From assembly GCF_009834535.1 (NCBI RefSeq), contig NC_045696.1, positions 63,614,001 to 63,678,000 of the forward strand: DNA of 64,000 bases, written 5' to 3'. The translations under genes and the position numbers were made by a program. A model generated the notes under the pieces. It was not told where the DNA came from and made no database searches. It worked only from the letters and a program-made list of their open reading frames with translations. Below, piece by piece: positions 24,576 to 36,885 of this stretch. Source of the stretch: Camelus ferus. Its lineage: Eukaryota. Every line of letters begins with the position of its first letter. Position 1 is the first letter of the stretch.

Positions 24576-26279
24576 CAATTTTGTCTTTAAATTTAATCCT
24601 TTAAAAAATTTCTCAAGTAATGGATCTTAAAAATTAACTTCTCTTTTATAGTAACCACTTTGGCATTTTTTCCTCCTCCCCTGACCAACTGCATAGTTTT
24701 GCTTTGCCTTCTTTTGAGCATGTGGAGGAAGTATTTTTTTTTTGTCCTTAATTCTTTTGAAAGAATGGGGTTATTTGGCTTTAATACTGTCATCTAGGCT
24801 TTTCTTGTATGTGTGTGTTTATAGCAGTTTTTAATTGGCCTAAATACCATAGTTTTCAGCTCATCTGCCTGTTGTAGAGTCTTCATGACTTCCCTTGACC
24901 AAACCAAACTGAAAAAAAAAAAAAAAAAATCAAACCAGAGCCCACTCTCAAAAATACAACAAAACTGGCCCTCTGGTTCTCAGGCGATAACTAAGTTTAC
25001 TTTCCTCCTATTTTTAAAAATATACTTATGCATATAAATATGTGTATATATTAGTATTTCATTTCAAATTTTATTTCACAAGATGCTTCAACCCTATTAT
25101 GTAAATCCTGACTGCCAATTTTTAAAGAAATATTTGTACCTAGCCATTAAAATCAAAACTTGATTCCACAAGCTCCACCTTATCTTGTTGACTTTATTTT
25201 TTAAGAAAGAAGTCCATTTAATTAAAAAAAATCTTCTTTTCTTTCTTTTCTTCCCCCTCCCCTCCCCCACCCTTGCTATTGTCTCTTCAGACCAGGAAGT
25301 TTATATGTAAACAGAAGCCGTAATCAGACCCCTGACCTCCTCCTGGCTTTCAACCCAGTGTTTCCACAGAAGGATTAACCCCAAATACCAACTTGCTCTC
25401 AGAGGCGAAATTGTTCCCGAGGCGGGCATCACCAAAGGGTTTTCTTCTCTGGAGGCTTTCACATTCACCCTGCAAATAAGGTCTTCTCAAAGGGAGGCTT
25501 AAAGGCGGCCACTGGAAAGCAAATTGCTGGGCAGGCTGGAGCCGAGAGGGAGGCTGAGAATTCTCGGGGCTCTCAAGAGCCTGTCCTTTGCCCGCCGAGT
25601 AGTCATCACCTTCCCGATCCAGATCTATGGGTGTGATGGGAAAGGGCCAGTTTGCTTGGTCCACTAATGCATCACTCTGTGCGTGCGTGTGCGTGCATGC
25701 GTGCGAGTCAGTGTGAGTGCACAAGCCCCCATCTTTGGATTTACACACAGGATGTCCTGTGGATGGCTGGGTTCGGGGCAACTCAGGGATGTTGGCAGGG
25801 AGGGGATCATGGGGACAGGTGGGAATCAGGATTTCCTTCTGGGGAGGGGAGGGGGGCACATAAGCAACAGCCCTGCCCCTTGTCCAGAACCACAGCTGTG
25901 TGCCTACAAGGGGAAAGTTTGCAAGTCGTTCAGTTTTATTCTTCGTGGCAGGTCTCAGAATGTCCACTCAGGAGGGAACGCTTTGAACCAGGCATCAAGC
26001 TCTGGGCTGGATTCCAAGTCAGCTCTAAAAACAGTCAGAGCTCCCCTCTGGTCCCCTCCTCGCTGGGCAGAATGGCTGAGAGAGTGGGTTCTCATTTCAG
26101 CGTGGCCCCCCCACCGCAGGTCAGTTCCCTGCGTTGCCTGAACAGCCCTGCCCAAAGCCAAGACGCGGACAAGGCAGGACAAGGCGCTTTTCTTAGGGCA
26201 GAACATCTCCCCACTGGGACCCCCAACAATTTCTACCCGAGAGACAAAGTATCTTTCTTTTAAAGGCTCCATGCAGCAT

Positions 26280-26500
26280 GTCCAGAAATTTCTTCCTGTT
26301 ATTAAGAAGCTGTGTGGGGGTGGGGAAAGGGCCCGACGAGGCTACTTACTTAATAGCTCCTAACAGCTGTGGAAAGTTTGATGCCGCAGGAGCACCCAGA
26401 CAGAAAATTAAAAACCTAATAAAGTCCTCAGTGTGGGGGCGCTGGCATCACGACAGCTTCCCTTCTCCAGACACCTAATAAAGAGACATTCCGGGACACT
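26280..26500. promoter_or_regulatory. Candidate enhancer-like non-coding element
   Basis: Repeat-free. ACCTAATAAAG occurs twice (26414, 26473), each preceded by CCAGACA. Motif evidence only. Confidence 0.35.
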
Positions 26501-27235
26501 CACTCATAAGGGGAGTCTGCAGGGGTCACCGAGAACAGTGGAGGGCGAGCCATGGAAACATGGCAGTCACTCACGTCCCTGCAGGGAAGGTGCCTTCGCT
26601 TCTTCTCTTTTTCCCCCTCTTTGCTCTATTTTAAAAAAATGGCAGGGTGCTTAGGACCGAAAGAAAAACAAAACGAAACAACAAACAAACAAACAAAACT
26701 GACAAAAGAAGAAGGAATGGATTCCAGGAGCCCTGAATTTAGAAATCACACTGTTTCACCTTTCATGGACAGAATAAGCAGAAGGCTGCTGTCTGCCAGT
26801 TTAGGCGTTAGAGGGACGGGAGGTGAGATTGAGATTCGGTTTGGCCCCTGGAGGCAGTGGAGAAAGGAGGGTTGGAGGATTGCAGTTGATTCAGCTGGAT
26901 TTTTAGCAGCACTGTCCTCAACATAGGTTTTCTCACGTGGGTTTTTCCACTGCTGTCACTTGGTCATTTGGGATCTGAGCTCCTTGGGGTCTGCTCGGTT
27001 GTGGGGTTGCTGGTTGAGACTTTGGGATTCAGGGACACTTCATGTTACTCTGTCTTGGTTCTCAAGTCAGTTTGCGTGAATGTGAAGAACAAAAAAAAAG
27101 GTCGACTCTGAACAAACAAGCCATCAGTCACTTGTGGAGATGTTCGGTAGAGGTGGTGGTACCAGCCATTTCACACAGATGATTGCACAAGTGCTGAAGG
27201 TAGAAGGGAGCAGCCCGTGGAGGAGAGGGTGAGGT

Positions 27236-27400
27236 CAGTCAGTCAGGGAAGACAAATAGCGTATGATCTCACTTACATGTGGAACCTAAAAAAAACAAAC
27301 TCCGAAACAGAACAGATTGATAGTTGCCAGAGGCAGATTAGGGGTACGGGGTTGGGGCTCGAGGGGCTGGGGAGGAGAGTGAGTGAAAAAAATAGAAAAG
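27236..27400 (+). mobile_element. L1M 3' fragment
   Basis: 'agacaaatagcgtatgatctcacttacatgtggaacctaaaaaa' and 'gttgccagagg', then a G-rich tract. Confidence 0.8.
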
Positions 27401-28247
27401 AGAGTGAAAAGAAAGTTGGTTCCATTTCCTAATCTGATGTCGAATTCAGTTCAAGTGTTTGAGAGCATAGCTTGGATTAGCTCACTTTCTGCCCAGTATT
27501 CTGAGACCAGCAGCCAGCTGGCTCCTCCGGGTTACCCCTCCACAGCAGTGGTTACAACCGTGTAATGTTGCACTTGCTTTAGAAGAATACAGTTTCACGT
27601 TGTGCAAATTTGTGAAATGGCTTCTGCAAGCTGGCCTGGAGATAGTCCTTGCACAGATTTCCCCAGGGCCCCTGGTGCCACAAAAAGAGAATCCGAGACA
27701 AGAAACCCGGGCCCAGCCGTCACCAGCTCTGCCGCTAACAGGCCTGGGATGCTTGAACAGACCTCTTGTCCCCCGTGGGTCTTGGTTCCTTGTTCTCCAA
27801 GATGAAAGGGTGGAAAATGACTTCTGCGGCCCCTTCCCGCTCCCACACGCCGAGATGCTGTGATGTTAGAAGGCTGGTCTCTGCGCGGGCGTTCCTGGCT
27901 CTCCTGTGTCAGAAGGAGTGTTTTCCTTCTGGTTTTCGTTCACTTGTGGCTTGGCAGAGCAGAGTGCAGCCCTTGGGTGTGATGCAGGGCAGATCAGCGG
28001 TTATGTGAGTACAATGAAATACGGGTTTTTGAACCTCTCAAGTCCAGAAACTCTTTCTTGGTCTTTTCTGTTTCTTTGTTTTGTTTTGTTTTCTTTAAAA
28101 AAAAAAAAGGTTTTTCTCCCATGAATATAGTCCCACATTTAAGAAAAGAGCAATGCTGCCACTGGGGTGGGCCTGGGCTGGCTTCTTGTGGGAGGATTGC
28201 TCGGAGGGAGGCCTGGGGAGTTCTGGTTTATACTGGAAGGATCGAGC

Positions 28248-28415
28248 TCGGTGCTTCTGAAATTTCAAAGGGCGGAAGGATCATTTGAGGGCCTTGTCAA
28301 ATCCAGATTCTGATTCGGAAGATTTGGGGGTGGGGCATAGGATTCTGCATTTCCCATGGGCTCCCGGGTGATGCTGTTGATACGGGTCCACTGGCTGCCC
28401 TGTTAGTAACAAGGC
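28248..28415. mobile_element. MER5A/B (hAT-Charlie)
   Basis: 'cagattctgattc...ggggtggggc...attctgcatttc...ctcccgggtgatgctg'. Confidence 0.8.
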
Positions 28416-28724
28416 TAATTCATCCCAACTCAGACCTCCCCTGGGCTCTTCCAGAGACCAGCAGAATCCACAGGATGGGGACGCTGCACCCAGACCCTCC
28501 GTATTAGGGCTCCCAGACGGATAGGGCTCCCGATGTTAAGAGATAACTTTGCTGGTTCACTCTGGGCATTGGGCTGTCACAATCTGGCTGAGACTCCGTC
28601 TATGTGTTCGTCCTCCCTTTTGCCATCTGACATGTGGTTTCCTTTCTCTGTCTCTGTATCTGTCTCTCTCTCTTGTTTCCAGCATCAGGTGAAGAAAAAT
28701 TGGACAGTGGGGTGAGGAAGAATG

Positions 28725-28960
28725 ATGCATCAATTACTTAGAAAGCTACAGTATAGAATTAAATGAGCCCCACACTCTGGCTCATTAGCAACATTTTATT
28801 ACTTAGCAAGTCTAGAACTAGTGCTTCAGCTAAATAAAGAAATGTAAATCATTTAATGCACCTTTCTTAATTGAGCTGCACACCAGGGCCACCTTCCTAA
28901 TGGTATTACGGCACCAATTACCTCATTAGGAGAGAAGAGTTGCTTTGATGACAGGTTTTG
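28725..28960. promoter_or_regulatory. Candidate developmental enhancer (homeodomain-site cluster)
   Basis: About ten TAAT/ATTA cores; TGATTTAC on minus (28844-28851); CTTTGAT (28943); TGACAG (28949). Confidence 0.4.
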
Positions 28961-29494
28961 GAAGTTAGAATGGCAGAGGGACGTCCTTCAGGGGGACTCA
29001 TTCTGAGCTGGGCTGAGCTGAGTGATGATCAGGGGCTAGAAAGGCACATGGGGACCTGGGACTGAAGGCAGGATGAGGATCCCTGTGCACTCTGCCCTCA
29101 GGCTTGGGGACAAGATCTGGTTTCACTCTTTCAGGGTTGTTTGGTGCAGAATGTAAACCCCAGTGGTGCTTGTTCTTTGGTTTGTTTAAGATCCCCTGGG
29201 GAGGCCTGTTAGGAATTTGGTTTCCAGGATCCTACCTTGAAATTCTGGCCCAGGAAGTCTGGGCTGGGCTCCAGCCAAACCATGCTGTAGTAAGAACCTG
29301 GAAAGCCCCCAGCTCGCAGATACTATTTCTTTTGTAGAAATTGTAGCAAGGGTCCCTGTGACTTCACCCAAAAGTTGAGCATATGCAGTTCCTCCATCAC
29401 CACAGGCTTTCATCTTTCCAAAGAACAGACCCAATGAGCTTGGCATGAGTTTGTTTCTTTAAACACAACACAGATAATTTTTCCTCTGTCAGGC

Positions 29495-29630
29495 GTGGTT
29501 TGTGTGGCTGAGTCGCAGGGCAAACTGGGTTTGACAATTAGCTTGGCTGCTAACTTGCTATGTGACATTGGGCAGGTCACTGTGCCCTTGGGGCTACAGT
29601 TTCCTCAACTCAAAATGGGCCTGGTCATTG
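29495..29630 (+). mobile_element. MIR SINE
   Basis: 'gctatgtgacattgggcaggtcact' and 'cagtttcctcaactcaaaatggg'. Confidence 0.8.
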
Positions 29631-30109
29631 GGAACAGTGAAGTGCATGGACATGTTATTGGCCAAGAAACGTCTTTTGGCAACCATTTCCTTCTCTGTAA
29701 GGCGAGAATCTTGCACTTGGGGATGAATTTGGGGAGACTGGGTAGCAAGTGGGCTTCTCTTTCTGGCAGCTTTTCATATTTTCCTTCCCTGTAGTAACAA
29801 GAACTCCAACCTCCAGATTTTGTGTAAATATTGAGTTTATAGCAATGATTTTGTAGAGTGTTCCAGTTTCCTGGTTTGATGATTAATGTGGTTTTCTCAG
29901 TGTGTTGTGCCTCCTCCAAAGGCTTCTCTTGCTAGTCCTGCGAACTAAACAAAAGCTAAATGCTATTTCTCTTTCCTTTCTATTGTCATATGGAAGTGGG
30001 AGCAGATGCATTCTGGGTAACCCTATAGGGCAGAAAAAACATCAGTGGAGAGACACGTAGGGAAGTGAAATTGGGTTTAGAATGTGGAGTTTCCTAGTAA
30101 TTAGAATGA

Positions 30110-30440
30110 CTCTCTGATCCAAAACCTTGGCTGGCTCTACATTGCCTACCACGCCATGCACAGACTTCTCTGTGTGGATTTTAGTGTCTCATTGCCTGGC
30201 TTTAGCAGGCTTACTAATCCTATATCCACTTCCGAAGTAACTTGAAAGAAACGTGAAGCTTTAACTCACATTTGTGACAGTCGTTCTCCAATCCAGATCC
30301 TGTTCTGCATTTCCAACTGTCTGCAAAGCATCTCCAATGGGCTCTCTGGTCACTACTGCAAACTCACAGTGTCCTCATGGACACCTATCAACTTTCCTTT
30401 AACCTCGCTGCTCTTCCCATCTCGTTTCTGTTTGTGGAAG
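30110..30440 (+). mobile_element. LINE2 body fragments
   Basis: 'atttccaactgtctgcaaagcatctcc...caaactcacagtgtcc' is typical of L2. Confidence 0.55.
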
Positions 30441-30904
30441 CATGATCTGGCCTTAGGGAATGAAAACTGGCTTGAAAGATCTGAAACCTCCTCATTCTAG
30501 TATCTGTTCTAGTACTAGGACCCATTGCTTTGAAATATCTAGATATTAATAGTTATAAGAAATCTTTTCCAGTTCTTATAGCCCATACCACTTCTTCCTC
30601 CAGAATCAACAATGAAACCTCTCTAGATTTTATAGCTCATGGGCTTGGTTAGATCTTCCATACGGAGGAGTATGGTTTGTTAGCAGCACATGTGCAAATG
30701 GGGTTTCTTGACAGCATAAGCCAAATATAAATCCATGGTGTGTGATGCCAAAGAAGCTCACATACAGTACACTGTCATTAAGAAAAATGCAGCCTCTAGA
30801 ACAAGCAGAGTTATTGTCCTGACTAACCCTGCACTGACTGAAACACACCCGGGGTGCTTCTTGACTATTGTATTGGTGTGTGTGTGTTACACACACATGT
30901 ACAA

Positions 30905-32480
30905 GCTGTCAAAGGTGTTAACTTAAAGTCTTCTATTATTATTATGTTTCTATCAATTTCCTCCTAAATTTTTGAGAATTCTTGCTTTATTTATTTTTAT
31001 TGTATATTACGTGGCATATAATGGGTCATGATAGTTGTTTTCTTTGTGTTCACTTTGTCAATATTAATCTAAATTTCACTTAAGCTTTTTGCTTTAAATT
31101 CTACTTGGATAAAAAACATTGTGATCCTGATTTCTTTATAAATTGTGCATTTGTGTGTGTGATGTATTTGCTAGTTTACCTTTTTTAATCTGATTCTTTT
31201 CTTTGTTTTAAGTATATATTTTGGGATAGCATATTGCTAGGTTTAGTTTTTCAAATAAAGGAGTTTAAGCCATTTACATTTATTGTCATAGTTACTGTGC
31301 TAGTTTTTACTTGACATAAGTCAAGCTGCTTATGCTCTAAATATTTCATCATGAATATTATTAACTAGGATTTAATATTGGCTTACAATTTTCCCCCTTG
31401 ATGTAAAATTTACAAACAATGAAATGCAGAAATCTTAAGTGTATATTTATTGAATTTTGGCAAATGTATATCAAGTATTTTTTTCACATTACTTTATCTT
31501 TTAATAATTATTGTTTGTATTTTAAAAACTTTTATAATCATGCTTTAAAGTTATTTAGATGATATATTTAAATGATTTTAGTAATCACCGTGAGTTCCAT
31601 TTCATCAGAACGTCTCCATTCTTTACTTTGATTCATCTCTCAATTGGCTGGTATGTAACTTAAGGACTTTTTTCAAGAAGGATGTGAGTGATATACTTCA
31701 AGAGCCTCTGAGTAGCTGAAAACTTTCTTATAGTTCCTTCAGATATGAGTGACAACTTGGATGAGTGTAGAATTCTTGACTGGCAACCTTTTGCACTCAA
31801 AACTGTAGATATTTCTCTACTGTCATCTGATGTTTAATATTATAGGGCTGTCTGAGGCTATCTGCCTGGATAATTTAAAAACTCTTCTATTGTTCTTGAA
31901 CTTGAATGTATCCGGTAGTTGAAATCTTTGAGGTAATTTTGCCAGGTACTCAGATCTTTTGATCTGCAAATACAGTTTTATTCAGTTATGGCAGAGGGTG
32001 GTAGTGTTCTCCCAAATGCACATTTACCTTCTTAGTAACCTAATTCTTGATTTTCATATGGGCACGTAACTACTTGGAATAAAAACCATACTTCCCAGAT
32101 GACCTTGAAGTTTAGTGTTTCTAGAAACTTCATTTCTGTAATTGGCAGCTAACTCTGATCCTTATGGTTAAATCAACTCAGGAAAGTTTTCTTCTTTTAT
32201 ATTTTTGGTTATTTTGTTTGTGGGATTTATTCTGTTCTCTTCTGTTTTTCCCAGGAACAGTTCTTATCTATGTTTGCTGTATTATCTGTTCTTTAAATCC
32301 AATAGTTTTTCTCTTATTATTTCAATCACTTTGTCTTTTTCCCTCCTTATTGCATGGCATTTTCGAGTTTCTCTCCTGTACCACTGATTTTGACTTTCTG
32401 CAGTGCCCATTCTACTCTTTCTTGCTTTTAATGAAAATTTAAATTAGCTACTGCTTTTTAAGTTTCCTTAACTCTCTTGT
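30905..32480 (-). mobile_element. Ancient HAL1/L1ME relic with nested fragments
   Basis: Very T-rich. 'gtgacaacttggatgagtgtagaattcttg' resembles antisense ORF1. Nested L1 3' piece at about 31395-31470 and MaLR piece at about 31985-32110. Confidence 0.65.
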
Positions 32481-32974
32481 AAATTTCTGCCTCCTCTGAG
32501 CCAGCACCCTTTTCATTGTTGCCTCTGGTCCTCAAAACTTCACAGCTCAAGTGGGGAAGACAAGCAGGTTTGGTGGGGATCTCAGTCTCTCTACCACTTA
32601 CTTCCTGGAGCCATTCCTGTTTCTTGGGAGGCAGAGTTGTGACCTGGCCTTCAGTGTCTTCCTTCCTCTGGTCCCATCCACACCAAGTTGAACAGGATGG
32701 CCCCAGGCTTTCCACCAAAGCCTTTCCGTACTTGTCCTGCCTCCCCACAAATCTTTTTCCCCACAAAGACTTTTTTTTTTTTAAGTCTTCTCTGGCTTAT
32801 TTCAAAGGGGATCTGGTGTAGAAGAAATTAAACACTTAATTCTAATGTCTTTTTACACAGGAGTCTGTAAAAGACATTCTTGAAGGTCTTTCATGCTGTG
32901 ACAGCATATATTGTATGCTATAAATGTGTTAAAAAGCACCCTGGTCTTTGTCGGTAGAGGAAGAGAGATGTAAA

Positions 32975-33140
32975 AGAACAGGACTCAAAGTCAGAAGACT
33001 TCGGGCTGAGCCCCAACTCAGCCACTGGTAAAGCCGTGGGATCCTGGTCATACACTCTTCAGTTTACTACTCACCTGTAAAATGAGAGGGATATCTTGGA
33101 TTGAACGAGATAAAGTACAGTATTGGAAAGCATTTTTAAG
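32975..33140 (+). mobile_element. MIR SINE
   Basis: 'agtcagaagacttcgg...cagccact...ctcacctgtaaaatgagag'. Confidence 0.7.
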
Positions 33141-33969
33141 TTCTTAAAAGCTAAAAAACTGTACAAAATGGTGTTCTTTTTCCTTTCACCTGTCATAGGC
33201 TGGGCTCATGGTATAGAAGATATTCCATAGGTCTTTGTTGGTTAGTTACTTGGAATGCATGTCCAGAAAATGCTGAAGAATACCTAAGGAGACAAAAGGG
33301 AGGGACAGTGTAATTAAATATATTATTACAGCCTTCTTTGATATTTACACTTGTAACCTGTGGAATTATCTGCCTGGAAAGGGCCAGATTTTATTAACCA
33401 TTTCCACATTTTCTCTCTGATCCCTCCTGCTAATTTTCACTATCCATCCCCCCAACACTCAAAATTTATTGTAAAAAGGTGTTCTTTTAAAGATTTTTAA
33501 AAAGCAATGTAATTATCTACAGCTGTATCACTTTTAAAGTTGTTCCTTGGTAGTTTTTGGAGGCTTCAAAATATGTTTAATTTCCAAACCTTGTTGGAAA
33601 TCACCCAATAAATTCAGGCATGGAGAGCATGGTCAGAGTACAGAGTGTGCGAGGAGATCGCACTGTGAGTTGTCCAGGATCGTTTATTATCGGCAGTCCA
33701 GCAGGGGCGTAACTCCTACTGGGAGGTCTTCTGCTCAGCTTCCCCAAATGGCTCCATTTCAACATCCAGCAGTGATGCTGTATTCTCAGAATTGGATTAG
33801 CTAAGCACTGGGCAAAGTAAAACCTACTAGAATGATCCAAAGGAAAGGTTTGCGCCTACGTCAACAGCATTAGTATGAAATAGGCTTCTGTTCATTAAAA
33901 ATGGTAGGATTCATCCTCTAATTGAAAAATCCCATTCTTTGAAATGCAGGTGTACTTTCATATTATGTA

Positions 33970-34570
33970 GTTCAATTCTGTGTAGGTCGTTTTTGAGCCC
34001 TTGCTCAGTGCCAGACCCAAGGCTGTGGTGGGTGAAGTGATGAGAATGACCTGGCCTTGGTTTTGGGAGTTCACACATTTGTTGGGAGACAGAGGCAGAT
34101 GTATCATCTCAGCCCAGATCAGATTGAGAAGTCAGAAATGCAAGCAAAATGCTGTTGGGTTAAAAAGGAAAATTTAGAGGTGCCTCTTGCTAGAGGAAGT
34201 ATTAAAACTAGGCAGTCCTGCATTCATTTTTGACACGGATAATTATTGAATGCCAAGTTGGTTTCATGCCCTATACCATGAACACTCTGAGAGGGTCAAT
34301 TTTAGATGTTTAATTATTTACAGAAGACTAAAGTTCAACAGGCAGAAAAGGGAAGGGAAGGCATTTCAGGGAGTAGGAGTTTAGTCGAGGCTTTGAGGCT
34401 ACAGGGCATGCCCAAGAGACGAGAGGAGTCAGGTGTGGCAATGACGCAGGACGTGCGTATGGGAGTTGGGAGGCAGGGGCTGAAGTGAAGGTAAGGATGG
34501 AAGATGATCAGCGTAAAATCACAGAGGGCTCTGAATGCTCAGTAAAGGAATGTAGGTTTACTTTTAAAGC
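33970..34570 (-). mobile_element. LINE2 fragments
   Basis: 'tttttgagccc...gtgccagac' and 'gggaaggcatttcagg...gaatgctcagtaaaggaatgtaggtttac'. Confidence 0.55.
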
Positions 34571-34639
34571 ACATTTTTATAGATTGGGTCACTCTAAGTT
34601 TACCAGGATTTCTCCCTTTTCAGGGTAATGGTTGGAAGT

Positions 34640-34830
34640 TGCACTGGCTGGGAATCAGACCACACTGAATTTGAGCTGTGTCATTCACCAGATGAATGAC
34701 TATGGGCAACCTACTTAACCTTTCTGACAGTTTTCTCATCTGTGAAATGGAGGTTGTACAGATTAAGTTAAGAGGTAGGTGACGGCTCAAGACATTTGAG
34801 CACCTTTACTAAATACTGAATAAAGGTTAG
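34640..34830 (+). mobile_element. MIR SINE
   Basis: 'tgactatgggcaacctacttaacctttctg...cagttttctcatctgtgaaatgg'. Confidence 0.85.
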
Positions 34831-34963
34831 CATCTGCTCTTTCCCTCCCTTCCTTTCCTCCTTCTCCCGTCCCCTTCCCAGAGGAAGGCTTTGGTGAAGA
34901 ACGCATTTCAGTACATCACTGAGTCCTCAAACTTGGTTACTAAGTTTTTTCTCAACTTTATTT

Positions 34964-35134
34964 CAGTGGTTCTCAAACCTGAGCAGCCATCACCTGGAGG
35001 GCGTGTTGAATCGGATGGCTGGGCCCAACCCCAGTGTTTCTGAATCAGCAGTCTGGCATGGGGCCTGAGAAATTGCATTTCTAACACCTTCCCAGATGTT
35101 GCTGCTGCTGCTGACCGCACTTTGAGGACCTCAG
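34964..35134. mobile_element. MER5A (hAT-Charlie), full length
   Basis: TIR 'cagtggttctcaaac' and 'actttgaggacctcag'. Degenerate 8-bp TSD ctttattt / ctttatcc. Confidence 0.9.
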
Positions 35135-35149
35135 CTTTATCCTGTTTTG

Positions 35150-35702
35150 CCCTGGCACAGACCCTGTTATTTGCTTACTCAATAGCCATCCTCTAGTCCC
35201 TCCTGACAGGGAACTGAGTTGTTCTGGTAGCACAGAAAGATTCTTTGATTTCAGTGTTAGGTTTCTCAGTGCCAGAAGATGATGGTGACAGGTCTAAATT
35301 AATCATGGTAAGCTCTGTTCCCTGGACCATTGATTGATCTGCATGTGGGCAAGTCCCATATAGTATCTAAAAAGATGTGAGGCTCAATCTACCGGCAACG
35401 ACTCACAAGGACGAGGGCTTCTGCCCCTTGTACCTTCTTCCTGAATGTGTACATACTGCTGCAGCTACACCAGCCATCTTGGGACCAAGAGATCACAAGC
35501 ACGAGGAAGAAAAGCAGTTTGGCAGGGACGTTAGGGCAGAGATACAGAAAGAACCTGGATCCCCAAAGGCATCACTGAGCTACATGCCCTGGACTGCCTA
35601 CCTCAGCTGGCTCTTATGTGAGAAGAATACACTCTCATCTGGTGAAGCCACCATAATCCACTCTTTTGCTACTTGTAGCCAAACACACTCCTAACTGATA
35701 CA
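35150..35702 (+). mobile_element. MaLR solo LTR (MLT1K/L-like)
   Basis: 'cagccatcttg...aaagaacctgg...ctggactgcctacctc', ending 'tacttgtagccaaacacactcctaactgataca'. Confidence 0.8.
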
Positions 35703-35719
35703 ACCTGTTCTAGTTTTGC

Positions 35720-35870
35720 GATGTGGGTGGCATTGGTAATAGTGATCCCATTTTATAGATGAAGACACTGAGGTTCAGAAAAAGGAAGGTGGCATAATAT
35801 GTAGTGATAGAGCTTAGATTCCAACTCAAGATTCCTTATTGAAAGTCCTTGGCATTTTCCCACTGACCTA
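35720..35870 (-). mobile_element. MIR SINE
   Basis: 'atcccattttatagatgaagacactgaggttcaga'. Confidence 0.8.
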
Positions 35871-35907
35871 TAGCTCAGACATTCTGATTATCTCTTCCTA
35901 TTGAGAT

Positions 35908-35929
35908 ACACACACACACACACACACAA
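35908..35929. repeat. (CA)n microsatellite
   Basis: Seen directly. Confidence 0.95.
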
Positions 35930-36719
35930 TTTTGTTTTCCCTTCTATTGAGGAATAAGAAATTGATAACTCCCTACTGTTCTGAGCTTGTGCCTCTGCTG
36001 TCAGCTATCTGACTTCTGATTGTCATATACTAAATGTTTAAGTCATTAATTCCTCCCGTACTTACATATATATGTAATATATAAAATCTTTGGACTTTGA
36101 TTGATCTTTTTTGTGATGGACAACCATGCATTTGTTCAGATTTTGTTCTTTATGCATGGAAGAAACTTAAAAAACTTAAAAGACATAGTACTAAATGTTC
36201 TTTATGGAAAGAAGCAGTTCAAATTAGCTTTGTATCCTAACTTTTAGACAAGGGCTTCAGTTACACTCCTAAATTTTGGAAGACCTTGAAGTCCTAGTCA
36301 AACAAAAATTATAGAGCAATACTAGAAATCTTCCAGAAAACGCAATTGGACTGAGACTACTGTGTAAACCAATCCAAGTCTCTGACTTTGATATATTTCC
36401 TTAGCCCACACACCCATTCATCATACTTGGGCCCTCCCAGCTCTGCTACCTCAAGCTGTCAAGCTTATTGCAAATTTATTGAGGAGACCAGTCCCTCAAG
36501 CACACTAACACATATGTCTATTCCCCCATCGCCTGGTTAGGACAATGGGCTCACATCCCTCTGAACCCCTAGGGAAGACTGAAATCCCCCTTCTGACTAG
36601 CTCTTTGATCACAGCTGGATATTTATGGAGGAACCTAAATTAACTACCATCGTGAACAATATTCCCTTTAGTATATGGAGAAATGTTATTATTCAGCTCA
36701 GCTAAATTACCTTAAAGTA

Positions 36720-36885
36720 GTTCATTCATTCACTTGGCAAATTTTTATTGAATGTTATACGTGCTACCATGATATCAATGCCATCCGTTTATACAGTTAC
36801 TTATACACAGTGTATAAAAGCACTTTCATAGCATTAGGGGCTGGGAACTGAGTTACAGCGGAGAGTAAAACCAGTGCCTATTGCT
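36720..36885 (-). mobile_element. LINE2 3' end fragment
   Basis: 'ttcattcattcacttggcaaatttttattgaatg'. Confidence 0.55.

Noticed and set aside
25350..26272. Longest ORFs (205 aa on -, 203 aa on +, plus overlapping ones)
   Set aside because: They overlap on opposite strands, translate through a simple repeat, and show no recognisable domain; expected in GC-richer DNA.
26428..26446. CTCF-like motif (also about 11800 and 33698)
   Set aside because: Only partial matches to the core consensus.
28660..28720. Candidate micro-exons after polypyrimidine+AG (also about 8558, 10327, 18583, 25290, 47862, 53330)
   Set aside because: No consistent donor or frame pairing and no recognisable peptide; cannot be supported without RNA data.
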